A stretch of 64,000 nt of DNA from Alphaproteobacteria bacterium (lineage in GTDB: Bacteria > Pseudomonadota > Alphaproteobacteria > UBA7985 > JAUIBT01), in the NCBI GenBank assembly GCA_030428255.1, contig JAUIBT010000004.1, positions 66,604 to 130,603 on the forward strand, read 5' to 3'. This document shows positions 1-12,344 of the stretch, one piece after another. The translations under genes and the position numbers were made by a program. Below the pieces are notes generated by a model. That model searched no databases and was not told the origin of the DNA. It saw only the letters and a list, made by a program, of their open reading frames with translations. The stretch's first letter is position 1. Each line of letters opens with the position of its first letter.

Positions 1-2240
<2,240 letters not shown>

Positions 2241-2341
2241 ATGCAAGTGTCTCCTTTTGGGGACGGCGCCACCGGCTGGTGGTGACGCAAAATAGAGGGC
2301 GGCGGCCCGGCGCGCGGTCACGCGCCAGGCCGGAAAAGCGC

Positions 2342-5300
2342 TTAGCTGCGCTCCTGGACCAAATCGACGTTCAGACACAAAGCCCGCAGTTCTTTGGTCA
2401 AAACGTTAAAGGATTCCGGGATACCCGCTTCAAAGTTGTCGTCGCCGCGCACGATGGCCTCATAGACCTTGGTACGGCCCGCCACGTCATCCGACTTGAC
2501 GGTCAACATCTCCTGCAAGGTATAGGCAGCGCCGTAAGCCTCCAGCGCCCAAACCTCCATCTCACCAAAGCGCTGTCCGCCGAACTGCGCCTTACCGCCC
2601 AAGGGCTGCTGGGTGACCAGCGAGTAAGGACCAATCGAACGCGCGTGCAGCTTGTCGTCCACCAAGTGGTGCAGCTTCAGCAAGTACTTGTAACCCACGG
2701 TCACCTTGCGGTCGAACTGCTCGCCGGTACGACCGTCGAACAACTCGCTTTGACCCGAGCCATGCAGACCTGCTTTTTCCAGCAGCTCTTCGATCTCTGA
2801 CTCGCGCGCACCGTCGAACACGGGCGAGGCCATGGGCACGCCGTTGACCAAGTTGCCAGACAGCTCCAGCACCTCGGCATCGTTCATGTCCGCGATGGAG
2901 TCGTTGAAGATCTCCTCGCCATAGGCGGTCTTCAGACGCTCTTTGACCTCTGAGAGATCGCTGACCTGCTTGTGCTGATAGGCTTCAATCGCTTGACGGA
3001 TTGAAACGCCCAGACCGCGCGCGGCCCAGCCCAAGTGGGTCTCCAAAATCTGACCCACGTTCATGCGCGAAGGCACGCCCAAGGGGTTCAGAACGATGTC
3101 AACCGGCGTACCGTCGGCCAAGAAGGGCATGTCTTCGATGGGGTTAATCCGCGAGACAACACCCTTGTTGCCGTGGCGGCCCGCCATCTTATCGCCGGGC
3201 TGAAGCTTCCGCTTAATGGCGATATAGACCTTGACCATCTTCATGACCCCAGGAGGCAGCTCGTCGCCACGCTGGATCTTGTCGGCCTTGTCCTCAAAGC
3301 GCTTGACGATCTCGTCAACCTCTTGATCGAATTCCTGCTTGGCGCGCTCGATGGCAGCCATGGTCTCGTCGTCTGCAACCGAGAAGAGACGCCAGTTGCC
3401 TTGCGGAATTTCTTCCAGCATGGCTTCGTCGATCACTTCAGCGCTGGACGAGCGCGCCGGACCGTCAACGATGGTCTGGCCCAACAGCAGCTCGCGCAGG
3501 CGGAAGAAGAATGAGCTTTCGATAATCGCGCGCTCGTCGTCGCGGTCTTTGGCCAAGCTTTCGATCTCTGAACGTTCAATCGCCAGAGCGCGCTCGTCCT
3601 TGTCGATGCCGCGGCGTGAGAAGACGCGCACATCAACCACGCAGCCCGAAGAGCCTGGCGGCAGGCGCAGCGAAGAATCGCGCACATCCGAGGCCTTCTC
3701 ACCGAAGATCGCGCGCAACAACTTTTCTTCTGGCGTCATCGGGCTTTCGCCTTTGGGTGTCACCTTGCCAACCAGAATGTCACCGGCTTTGACCTCAGCG
3801 CCGACATAGACAATGCCTGCTTCGTCGAGGTTGCGCAGCGCTTCTTCACCGACGTTAGGGATGTCGCGGGTAATTTCCTCGGGTCCCAACTTGGTGTCGC
3901 GGGCCATCACCTCGTAATCGTCGATGTGGATCGAGGTATAAACGTCGTCCCGCACGATGCGCTCAGAGATGAGGATCGAGTCCTCGAAGTTGTAACCCTG
4001 CCAAGGCATGAAGGCCACCAACACGTTCTTGCCCAAAGCCAGCTCGCCCAAGTTGGTCGAAGGACCGTCGGCGATGATATCGCCGGCCTTGATGCGGTCG
4101 CCGGTCTTCACAAGCGGCTTTTGGATGATACAGGTCGATTGGTTCGACCGCTGGAACTTGGACAGCTTATAGATGTCCACGCCCTCTTCGCGGCCGGTGT
4201 CATCGTTGATCACGCGGATCACGATACGCCGTGCGTCCACCTGGTCCACAGCACCAGAGCGGCGCGCCACAACCGCAGCACCGGAGTCGCGGGCAACCGT
4301 GCGCTCCATGCCGGTGCCGACGAAGGGCGCTTCAGACACCACCAACGGCACAGCCTGACGCATCATGTTCGAGCCCATCAGGGCGCGGTTCGCATCGTCA
4401 TTTTCCAAGAAGGGAATGAGCGAGGCCGCAACCGAAACAATCTGCTTGGGCGAAACGTCGATGTAGTCCACGTCGCCGGGCGTCACCAGCAGCGATTCAC
4501 CATCGCGGCGGACCGACACCAGCTCACCAGAAAGCTTGCGCTCGGCGTCGGTTGAGGCGTTGGCCTGAGCCACGGTGTAGTGGGCTTCTTCGATGGCTGA
4601 CAGGTAAGTCACCTCGTCAGACAACTGGCCGCCCTCTTCAACCTTGCGGTAGGGGCTTTCGATAAAGCCGTATTGGTTGACGCGGGCATAGGTGGCCAGC
4701 GAGTTGATCAAACCAATGTTCGGACCTTCGGGGGTCTCAATTGGACAAATCCGGCCGTAGTGGGTCGGGTGGACGTCGCGCACCTCAAAGCCCGCACGCT
4801 CGCGGGTCAGGCCGCCTGGGCCCAAGGCCGACAAGCGGCGCTTGTGGGTGATCTCAGACAGGGGGTTGGTCTGGTCCATGAACTGCGAAAGCTGCGACGA
4901 GCCAAAGAATTCACGCACCGCGGCCGCCGCGGGCTTGGCGTTGATCACGTCTTGCGGCATGACGGTGTCGATTTCGACCGACGACATACGCTCGCGGATC
5001 GCGCGCTCCATGCGCAGCAGGCCAACGCGGTATTGGTTTTCCATCAGCTCACCGACCGAGCGCACACGACGGTTGCCCAGGTTATCGATGTCATCCGGCC
5101 CGGCGCTGGAGTCCTTCATGGTATGCAGCGTGCGCACGATAGCGATCAGGTCTTCACGGCGCAGAACCCGCAGGCTGTCTTCGCCTTCCAGTCCCAGGCG
5201 GGCGTTCATCTTCACGCGGCCAACCGCAGACAAGTCATAGCGCTCTTGGTTGAAGAACAGCGATTGGAACAGGTCTTCGGCGGTCTCCAAGGTGGGCGGC

Positions 5301-6523
5301 TCGCCCGGGCGCATAATGCGGTAGATGTCCAGCAAAGCATCTTCGCGGGTGGCGTTCTTATCGACGGCCAGAGTGTTGCGCAGGTGGGCGCCCACCTGGT
5401 TGTGGTCGATCGACAGAATTTCCAGCTCTTCCTGGTTCATGTCGGCCAGATAGTCGAGCAGGTCTTGGGTGATCTCGTCGCCCGCTTCGGCAACGACCGC
5501 GCCGCTTTCCTCGATGTAGTCGGTCGCCAGGTAGCGTCCAATCAGGTCATCTTCGGGAACCAGATAGGCTTTCATGCCGCCATCCAGCAGCTTGCGTGCC
5601 TTGCGCGGCGACAGCTTGGTGCCTGCCTCAGCGACCACCTCACCGGTGTCAGCGTCTTGCAAGTCGCGCTCCAGCTTGACGCCCTTCAGCGCCGTCGGGT
5701 TGAAGTCCAGCGTCCAACCACGGCCTTGAGCGTCCTTTTTATAGGTCACGGAGCCGTAGACGATGCTCAGGATTTCCTCGCGGGTCATGCCCTGCACGTC
5801 GCGGCGATCGATGGCGCGGCCTTCGGCGGCGGCCTCTTCGCGCTTGGCGGCGGTATAGTTGCTGTCCAACGCCATCAGCAAGGTGGTGGCGGGCAGCTTA
5901 CGACGGCGGTCGATACGCACGTTCATAATGTCCTTGGCGTCGAACTCGAAGTCCAGCCAAGAGCCACGGTAGGGAATCACGCGCGATGAATAGAGGTACT
6001 TGCCAGACGAGTGAGTCTTGCCGCGGTCATGGTCAAAGATCACGCCCGGCGAGCGGTGCATCTGAGAGACGATCACGCGCTCAGTGCCATTGACGACAAA
6101 GGTGCCGTGCTTGGTCATCAGCGGCATGTCGCCCATGTAGACGTCTTGCTCTTTGATATCGCGGATCGAGCGCGCGTCGGTGTCCTCGTCGATTTCCCAG
6201 ACCACCAGGCGCAGCGTAACTTTCAGCGGCGCAGCAAAGGTGATGCCGCGCGACATACACTCTTCGACGTCGTACTTGGGCTCTTCGAGTTCGTAGGACA
6301 CGAACTGCAATTCGGCGCGGTTCGAGAAATCCTTGATCGGGAAGACCGAGTGGAAGACCTCCAACAGGCCCGCCATCTCGCGCTCATCGTGGCGCATATT
6401 AGCCTGCAAGAAGCGCTCGTATGAGCGACGCTGAACCTCGATGAGGTTCGGCATCTCGATGACTTCGGGGATGCGGCCAAACGAGCGACGGATGCGCTTG
6501 CGTTCAGTAAAGGACTTGCCCAT
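2342..6523 (-). CDS. rpoB: DNA-directed RNA polymerase subunit beta (1393 aa)
   Basis: Full-length ORF in track; N-terminus [40 protein letters not shown] and conserved rpoB blocks throughout; stop TAA at 2342-2344. Confidence 0.97.
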   Translation of the reverse strand: MGKSFTERKRIRRSFGRIPEVIEMPNLIEVQRRSYERFLQANMRHDEREMAGLLEVFHSVFPIKDFSNRAELQFVSYELEEPKYDVEECMSRGITFAAPLKVTLRLVVWEIDEDTDARSIRDIKEQDVYMGDMPLMTKHGTFVVNGTERVIVSQMHRSPGVIFDHDRGKTHSSGKYLYSSRVIPYRGSWLDFEFDAKDIMNVRIDRRRKLPATTLLMALDSNYTAAKREEAAAEGRAIDRRDVQGMTREEILSIVYGSVTYKKDAQGRGWTLDFNPTALKGVKLERDLQDADTGEVVAEAGTKLSPRKARKLLDGGMKAYLVPEDDLIGRYLATDYIEESGAVVAEAGDEITQDLLDYLADMNQEELEILSIDHNQVGAHLRNTLAVDKNATREDALLDIYRIMRPGEPPTLETAEDLFQSLFFNQERYDLSAVGRVKMNARLGLEGEDSLRVLRREDLIAIVRTLHTMKDSSAGPDDIDNLGNRRVRSVGELMENQYRVGLLRMERAIRERMSSVEIDTVMPQDVINAKPAAAAVREFFGSSQLSQFMDQTNPLSEITHKRRLSALGPGGLTRERAGFEVRDVHPTHYGRICPIETPEGPNIGLINSLATYARVNQYGFIESPYRKVEEGGQLSDEVTYLSAIEEAHYTVAQANASTDAERKLSGELVSVRRDGESLLVTPGDVDYIDVSPKQIVSVAASLIPFLENDDANRALMGSNMMRQAVPLVVSEAPFVGTGMERTVARDSGAAVVARRSGAVDQVDARRIVIRVINDDTGREEGVDIYKLSKFQRSNQSTCIIQKPLVKTGDRIKAGDIIADGPSTNLGELALGKNVLVAFMPWQGYNFEDSILISERIVRDDVYTSIHIDDYEVMARDTKLGPEEITRDIPNVGEEALRNLDEAGIVYVGAEVKAGDILVGKVTPKGESPMTPEEKLLRAIFGEKASDVRDSSLRLPPGSSGCVVDVRVFSRRGIDKDERALAIERSEIESLAKDRDDERAIIESSFFFRLRELLLGQTIVDGPARSSSAEVIDEAMLEEIPQGNWRLFSVADDETMAAIERAKQEFDQEVDEIVKRFEDKADKIQRGDELPPGVMKMVKVYIAIKRKLQPGDKMAGRHGNKGVVSRINPIEDMPFLADGTPVDIVLNPLGVPSRMNVGQILETHLGWAARGLGVSIRQAIEAYQHKQVSDLSEVKERLKTAYGEEIFNDSIADMNDAEVLELSGNLVNGVPMASPVFDGARESEIEELLEKAGLHGSGQSELFDGRTGEQFDRKVTVGYKYLLKLHHLVDDKLHARSIGPYSLVTQQPLGGKAQFGGQRFGEMEVWALEAYGAAYTLQEMLTVKSDDVAGRTKVYEAIVRGDDNFEAGIPESFNVLTKELRALCLNVDLVQERS

Positions 6524-6930
6524 GGACCTACCATCTAATTTGGAGCCTTGTGCAAGCAGGCAGCGTGGGGAGGGCAGGAAAAGCGGCCAATCTCAGCCGT
6601 ATCAAACGCCAACAGCGCAGACGACCTGTCTCCAAACCTGGGGGCCGCTGCGCACTCCGACAAGCTAATCGCTTACCAAGAAACTCGAGTTGTCAATGAA
6701 ATCACCAAAGTGATTGGCAGCGCAGAGATCTGCACCACGTTCAATAGAGAGGGGGAGTTGCGGCGGCACCATCCATTCGTGCCGGTCGGGCTGTATAGGC
6801 GCAAAACTGTGGCTTGACAAGGGCGAATGGGCCGGTCTGCGTCGCTTGGCGCTGGCAAATCGCCCGACGGTGAGGCTTTGCGACATGCCGTCGCAACCTA
6901 AAATAGGTCTAACCCCACCACTTCTAAGCG

Positions 6931-7743
6931 CTATTCGTACGACTCGCACACAAAGTCGATGTTGCAATAACTGCCCGCAGTACAGATTTCTTTGGGGGCG
7001 CCACAAGATTCACCGACGCCCTTGACGAACTTAAGCGTCGAGCTGCTCTCGCACAGTTGCTGATCGTTGCAAAAGCTGCCTTGGGCGCACTCATCTTGCG
7101 GGCCGCCACAGAACTGGCCAATGCCGCGAATGAATTTGAGCTGGCTGGCTTCGCAGCGCTGTTGGGCGTTACAAAAGCTGCCAATGGTGCATTCATCGGT
7201 TGGTCGGCCGCAGTACTCGCCAATATCCCGCAAAATCCGGATCGTCTGTTGTGCGCAAATGTGGCGGTCGTTGCAGTAGGTGCCCGGCTCGCAAACATCC
7301 GACGAGCGTGCACAGGATTCGCCCAAGCCCTTGACCACGCGCGCACCAACACGCTCGCAGACGCTGTATTCGTTGCAAAAGCTGCCAAACTGGCACTGGT
7401 CTTGCCCGCCTGAGCAAGACTCACCAATGCCGCGAATATTTCCGCCTGCGCTGCGGCCTTGGCAGATCTGCTGCGCGTTACAAAAGGCACCGTCTTGGCA
7501 GATGTCGCTGGGGCCGCCGCAGTATTCGCCGATGCCGCGAATAATCTGCACCGATTTCGACTGGCAAATTTTGTATTCGTTGCAAAACGCGGTCGGCGTG
7601 CACTCGTCATAGGGTCCGGCACAAGAGTCGCCAATGCCTTTGATGAACTTGATGCCTTGGGATTGGGCAGGGGCCAGAGTGGCGAAGGCCAGCAAGCCGG
7701 ACGCCAGCAACAGGGTCAACAATACTCGATCAAAGAGCTGCAT
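6931..7743 (-). CDS. secreted cysteine-rich tandem-repeat protein (270 aa; signal peptide + seven ~31-aa repeats each with 4 Cys, pattern I(K/R)GIGExC-x6-C-x5-C-x5-C); unknown function
   Basis: ORF 6931..7743 translation MQLFDRVLLTLLLASGLLAFATLAPAQSQG (signal peptide) followed by repeats IKFIKGIGDSCAGPYDECTPTAFCNEYKICQ / VQIIRGIGEYCGGPSDICQDGAFCNAQQICQ / ...; co-directional with rplL and rpoB; GC slightly lower than neighbours. Confidence 0.7.
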   Translation of the reverse strand: MQLFDRVLLTLLLASGLLAFATLAPAQSQGIKFIKGIGDSCAGPYDECTPTAFCNEYKICQSKSVQIIRGIGEYCGGPSDICQDGAFCNAQQICQGRSAGGNIRGIGESCSGGQDQCQFGSFCNEYSVCERVGARVVKGLGESCARSSDVCEPGTYCNDRHICAQQTIRILRDIGEYCGRPTDECTIGSFCNAQQRCEASQLKFIRGIGQFCGGPQDECAQGSFCNDQQLCESSSTLKFVKGVGESCGAPKEICTAGSYCNIDFVCESYE

Positions 7744-8037
7744 GACGGGCTCCTTTCCTCTTCACCGCAATCTCATCGTGAGAGAAGTGGGGACGCTAGG
7801 CGCAAGATTGCTGTATCCTGGATAGCCAGCTCTGGCGAAGGACCGGTGCCCTGGGCGAGTGGTGCAGACCGCAAATCCGATCTTGTCCAGCGCTGGCAGT
7901 GCCAAAATGAGGACGCGATCCACGTCTCCACCAACACAAAATCAGGCACAAAAAAAGCGGCTGGCGCCACCCGAGCCATGTCGGGGAAACCAGCCGCTTG
8001 AAACGGCAAAAGCCGCGCGGTGTCGATAAGCCGAAGC

Positions 8038-8424
8038 TTACTTGATTTCGACGCTCGCGCCTGCTTCTTCCAGCTTCTTCTTCAGCTCTTCAGCTTCGTC
8101 CTTCGGCACGCCTTCTTTGACGGGCTTGGGAGCGCCTTCAACCAGTTCCTTGGCTTCTTTCAAGCCCAGGCCGGTGATCGCGCGAACTTCCTTGATCACG
8201 TTGATCTTCTTCTCGCCAGCAGAGGCCAGGATCACGTCGAACTCGGTCTTCTCTTCAGCAGCAGCAGCAGCTTCAGGTGCAGCGGCCATCATCATCATGC
8301 CGCCGCCAGAAGCAGCTTCTACGCCCCACTCGTCTTCCAGGCGCTTGGCCAGGTCGGCGGCTTGCTTAACGGTCAAAGCTGACAGCTTTTCTACCAATTC
8401 ATCGAACAATGCATCATCAGACAT
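8038..8424 (-). CDS. rplL: 50S ribosomal protein L7/L12
   Basis: Translation [37 protein letters not shown]...[58 protein letters not shown]; start ATG at 8422-8424 (track ORF starts earlier at a spurious Met). Confidence 0.95.
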   Translation of the reverse strand: MSDDALFDELVEKLSALTVKQAADLAKRLEDEWGVEAASGGGMMMMAAAPEAAAAAEEKTEFDVILASAGEKKINVIKEVRAITGLGLKEAKELVEGAPKPVKEGVPKDEAEELKKKLEEAGASVEIK

Positions 8425-8508
8425 GTGTCTTCTCCAGGTTTTGCTTCCGCAAGGCACGGTCTCGGCCTCGGGAAAAGTCGTAATAATAAGGGTTTGGTCG
8501 GTCTAAGA

Positions 8509-9033
8509 TCAGGCGGTTTCTGCCAGCTTGTCTTCGTACGCCTTGATGACGCCGACGACCTTCTGAGCAGGGGCCTTGAGAACACCAGCCATTTTGGCTG
8601 CAGGTGCTTTGAGCAGGCCGGCCAGCTTGGCGCGGATCTCGTCCAATGTCGGCATTTTCGACAGGACGTTGACGACACCATCAGCATCAAACAGTTCGCC
8701 TTCCATGGCGCCACCGATGATTTCCAAGTTGTCGCTGCTCTTGCAGTAATCGACCATGATTTTCGCTGCTGACGAAGGGTCAGTAGAGAAAGCCAGTGTC
8801 GTTGGGCCTTCCAGGATAGGGCTGAGAGGCTCAAAGGGTGTTCCTTCGATCGCGATGCGCACGAGGCGGTTTTTCGCCACGCGGAAGGAGCAATCCTTCT
8901 CACGAATTTTGCCACGCAGGTCTTGGGTCTTCGCAACGGTCATGCCTTTTTGACGGGCAACGACCACTGACGTAGACGCCTCGAACTGAGCGCGAAGTTC
9001 TTTAACCAACGCTTCCTTTTTTGCGCGATCCAT
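8509..9033 (-). CDS. rplJ: 50S ribosomal protein L10
   Basis: Translation MDRAKKEALVKELRAQFEASTSVVVARQKGMTVAKTQDLRGKIREKDCSFRVAKNRLVRIAIEGTPFEPL...; directly upstream of rplL. Confidence 0.93.
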   Translation of the reverse strand: MDRAKKEALVKELRAQFEASTSVVVARQKGMTVAKTQDLRGKIREKDCSFRVAKNRLVRIAIEGTPFEPLSPILEGPTTLAFSTDPSSAAKIMVDYCKSSDNLEIIGGAMEGELFDADGVVNVLSKMPTLDEIRAKLAGLLKAPAAKMAGVLKAPAQKVVGVIKAYEDKLAETA

Positions 9034-9441
9034 GCGGATCTCCTTTCAAAAAGGTAGGGTTAGAGGAAGTAGCTCTAGCCAAACAGCACCAAGACGCCCA
9101 AAAGCCCCCTGACCACCACTCGGTCAAAGCCACACCGCACAACACTGTCCAAAGGAAGCAAAACCATCATTATCGGTTGCAGCGCCCAGCCGAAGCAGTG
9201 CTGCGTCCACAAAATCTGGCTCAATCGCGTTCCGTCTAGAAAGGGAGATTACAGCGCCCGCTTGGCCTAAGCCGCCCGTTTGCCGACCCAATCGTCTTGG
9301 ACAGTTCGCTTCAATGAGACGAGCCGAACCCGTCCCAACAAAGAGAGCGGCTAGATAGAACAAGGCCGGATCAAGAGTCAAGCCCGGATTGCACCACCCA
9401 ACCAGCGAGCTGAGCCTGCCTGCAAAACCAGCGCTTAGAGC
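9034..9441 (-). promoter_or_regulatory. rplJ leader region (expected L10-L12 autoregulatory mRNA leader / promoter); no structure verified
   Basis: 408-bp non-coding stretch upstream of rplJ start; position-based inference only. Confidence 0.3.
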
Positions 9442-10341
9442 CTAATCCTTAAACAGGGCCGCGTAGCGCGGAATAAAGTACTTAGCGAAGGCCTTGACCT
9501 CAGCCCGGCGATAGGCGTCGGGCGCGATCAGCACCATGTGCTCGGCGTTGAGCGCCGCGGGCGGCTCGAAACAGCGGATCACTGCCCCTGCTTTTTCCTT
9601 TGCCGCAATCAGGCGCAGATTCAACAGCCCCAACCCCTGACCCGCATAGACCGCAGCGTACATCAAGCTGGTCTCGCTATAGATCCGCGCCAACTTGTCT
9701 TCGGGCACATAGTGCGTCAGCCAGTCGTGCAGGGTCGGCCGGATATCCGAGCGCTTAAAGGAGAACACGGCGTGCTCGGCCAGCTCCTCGGGCTTGGTTG
9801 GCAAGCCGTGCTTGGCTGCATAGTCCGGCGTACCGTAAACGCTATACCGCGCCAAGCTGATCGTCCGGCAGATCAAATCGGGATCTTGCGGGCTGCGGCT
9901 CAGGCGCAGCGCGATGTCGGCCTCGCCTGCCACCAGATCAAGGGTCTGCATACTCGGCAGGAATTCGATCTGAATCTTGGGGTGCAGCGCGCAGAACTCG
10001 TTAAAGATCTGCGACACCCGTTCGCTGAAATTGGTGTCGAATCCAGTGATGCGGATCGGGCGCGGCTGGCTCAAGTCTTGGACCTTGCGGCTCAGCGCCC
10101 CTGCTGCGTCCTCAAAGGCTTCAGCGATTGGCAAGATGGCCATGGCATCCTTGGTTGGCTTGAAGCCCCGCGTGTCACGTACAAACAAGGTCAGACCGGT
10201 CTCGTGCTCCAACGCGTCGATGCGGCGCGCGACAGTAGGTTGAGCCAGCCCCAACACCTTCGAGGCCGCCAGGGTCGAGCCCTCACGCACCACGGCGAGA
10301 AAGATTCTCACATCCGACCAAGAGCGAAACTCGTTCTTCAT
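9442..10341 (-). CDS. LysR-family transcriptional regulator
   Basis: N-terminal HTH MKNEFRSWSDVRIFLAVVREGSTLAASKVLGLAQPTVARRIDALEHETGLTLF then LysR substrate-binding domain; start chosen at MKNEF (ATG 10339-10341). Confidence 0.85.
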   Translation of the reverse strand: MKNEFRSWSDVRIFLAVVREGSTLAASKVLGLAQPTVARRIDALEHETGLTLFVRDTRGFKPTKDAMAILPIAEAFEDAAGALSRKVQDLSQPRPIRITGFDTNFSERVSQIFNEFCALHPKIQIEFLPSMQTLDLVAGEADIALRLSRSPQDPDLICRTISLARYSVYGTPDYAAKHGLPTKPEELAEHAVFSFKRSDIRPTLHDWLTHYVPEDKLARIYSETSLMYAAVYAGQGLGLLNLRLIAAKEKAGAVIRCFEPPAALNAEHMVLIAPDAYRRAEVKAFAKYFIPRYAALFKD

Positions 10342-10343
10342 AT

Positions 10344-10359
10344 TTGTAGAACAGCACAA
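10344..10359. promoter_or_regulatory. candidate LysR-type box (TTGTAGAACAGCACAA, partial dyad TTGT-N8-ACAA) in divergent promoter region
   Basis: Imperfect palindrome just upstream of the LysR start and upstream of divergent small ORF/ChaC/amn genes. Confidence 0.2.
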
Positions 10360-10437
10360 AATTTGCGCCTCTACCAGCCCCTAAGGGCCAAGGCTTATCT
10401 TGAGAGCATCCGCTCACCGACGAACAGGAGACCGCTC

Positions 10438-10701
10438 ATGTCCGCTACATTCATGCCCCACCTGCCCTCCTTGACCCGCGCCCTGGCATCCTTGCGCGGT
10501 CGGGTTCACGCAGCGCGTTCCGCCGTTCGCGCCCGCCGCGCCCAGCGGGCACAAGAGCGCTTGGCCGAAGCCGAAGCGAAAGCAGCCTATGACGACCGCT
10601 ACAGCCAGCGCGAGTTCATCCAAGAAATTATGGCCCGCAACCCCGATGCCTTTGCGAGCGACTTGGACGTGGAGGCATTTTTGCAATACTGTCCGCGTTG
10701 A
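10438..10701 (+). CDS. small hypothetical protein (87 aa), Arg/Ala-rich N-half
   Basis: ATG preceded by AGGAG RBS (gaacAGGAGaccgctcATG); lies in extension of a longer antisense ORF; divergent from LysR. Confidence 0.4.
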   Translation: MSATFMPHLPSLTRALASLRGRVHAARSAVRARRAQRAQERLAEAEAKAAYDDRYSQREFIQEIMARNPDAFASDLDVEAFLQYCPR

Positions 10702-10761
10702 AACCAACCAACGCGAGGGGGCTGGCCTGGGCCCGCCACCCTTCGTGACGAGGACACCTGC

Positions 10762-11538
10762 TTGACACCACCATCGGACCCCTTTGCCCATCACCCCGAG
10801 CTGCGCGGACGCATCGACGATCCGTACCGCTCCTTCTTCCGCGATTTCAGCGTCGAAGGGCTGATGGCGCGCTTCCCCCAACTCGAAGAGCATCGCGGCT
10901 GGGTCTACAGTGACGCGGTACGCGAGGCCATGCGGGCAGAAGCACTGCGCCAGCACAGCGGCGATCTTTGGGTCTTCGCTTATGGCTCCTTGATGTGGGA
11001 CCCGGCCCTTGACTTTGCCGAGGTGCGGCGCGCCCGACTTCAGGGCTATGCCCGGCGCATGATCCTGGTCGATGCCCGCGGCGGACGCGGCACCGCTGAG
11101 GCCCCTGGGCTGATGGCCGCGCTGGACGAGGATCCGGCCTTTGGAGGTCCTGGCGACCCGGCCACGAGCTGCGAGGGCCTGGTGTTTCGCATCCCAGCGG
11201 AGGCGGTGGATCGCGAGACCGAGATCTTGTGGCGGCGCGAGATCGTTGGCCCGGCCTATATCCCGCGCTTCGTTGACGCCCATCTGGACCAAAGCTCCGT
11301 CAAAGCTCTGACCTTTGTGGCCGATCACGCGGTGCCTGACATCCAACCCGAGCTGAGCCGCGCCGATCAGGTGCGCCTTATCGCGACTGGTGCGGGCTTC
11401 TTGGGCTCAAGCCGCGACTACCTGGCCAACATCGTTCGTCACTTTGAGGCCATGGGCATTCACGACCCAGACTGCGCCAGCCTGTTCGAGGAGGTTGAAG
11501 CCCTGCGCGCCAGCCTCACACAGCCGCCTCAACCCTGA
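10762..11538 (+). CDS. ChaC-like gamma-glutamylcyclotransferase (paralog 1)
   Basis: Contains the ChaC/GGCT hallmark VFAYGSLMWDP. Confidence 0.8.
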   Translation: MTPPSDPFAHHPELRGRIDDPYRSFFRDFSVEGLMARFPQLEEHRGWVYSDAVREAMRAEALRQHSGDLWVFAYGSLMWDPALDFAEVRRARLQGYARRMILVDARGGRGTAEAPGLMAALDEDPAFGGPGDPATSCEGLVFRIPAEAVDRETEILWRREIVGPAYIPRFVDAHLDQSSVKALTFVADHAVPDIQPELSRADQVRLIATGAGFLGSSRDYLANIVRHFEAMGIHDPDCASLFEEVEALRASLTQPPQP

Positions 11539-11549
11539 AAGCACAGCCC

Positions 11550-12287
11550 ATGACCGACCAAGCGAGTCACAAAGAAGACCGTCGCATCGGCCGATCACCA
11601 CAAGGCACAGCGGGGCTGCGTCCTGCGCTGCGCCTGACCCGCGCGCTGGTCGATCGCCTGCCGCAGCGCTGTGAGGAGCGCGGCCCCGTTCTGGTCAGCT
11701 CCCCCGAGCTTGCCTATTACCACGACACCGCCAGCCAGATCCTGGGCGCGTTAGAGCCAAACGAAGCGCTGTGGGTCTTTGCGGCCGGATCGCTGATCTG
11801 GAACCCGCGCATGGTGGTGGTCGAGCGCCGCACTGCCTTTATCCAGGGCTGGCGACGCGCCTTTTGCATTCAAGACCGGCGCTTTCGCGGCTCGCCCAAC
11901 CGGCCAGGGCTGATGATGGCTCTGGCTCAGGGCGGCGACTGCCAGGGCGTTGCGCTGCGCATGGACCCTGGCGATGATGCCGTCGCGACGCTGGTCAGCC
12001 TGTTGCAAAAAGAGCCGCCGGTGCCGCCGCCGTTGGTCACCGCTGAGACCGACCAAGGCCCGGTCAAGGCGATCGTCTTCGCCGTCGACGCCAGCTTTCC
12101 TATCTTTACCCCAGAACCCGCCATGGCCCGGCTGGCGGACATGCAGGCGCGCGCGGTCGGCTATAGCGGCACCATGGCGGAGTACCTGTTGAACACCGTC
12201 ACCGAATTGGAAAAGGCGGGCATCCACGACCCCCACCTGTGGGAGCTGCAAGACCAAGTCGCCGAACGCCTGTTGCGGCTGGCTTAA
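11550..12287 (+). CDS. ChaC-like gamma-glutamylcyclotransferase (paralog 2)
   Basis: WVFAAGSLIWNP motif; similar length (245 aa) and C-terminal ...YLxNxVxxxExxGIHDP block shared with paralog 1. Confidence 0.75.
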   Translation: MTDQASHKEDRRIGRSPQGTAGLRPALRLTRALVDRLPQRCEERGPVLVSSPELAYYHDTASQILGALEPNEALWVFAAGSLIWNPRMVVVERRTAFIQGWRRAFCIQDRRFRGSPNRPGLMMALAQGGDCQGVALRMDPGDDAVATLVSLLQKEPPVPPPLVTAETDQGPVKAIVFAVDASFPIFTPEPAMARLADMQARAVGYSGTMAEYLLNTVTELEKAGIHDPHLWELQDQVAERLLRLA

Positions 12288-12344
12288 GCGCGGCACAATC
12301 AACGCCAGCTTGAATTCGCCCGCGCTTGGGCCTAAGCCTGTTCG

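Noticed and set aside
9124-9381. 85-aa minus-strand ORF inside the rplJ leader
   Set aside because: It lies within the expected L10 autoregulatory leader, has no RBS or recognisable motif, and is likely non-coding.
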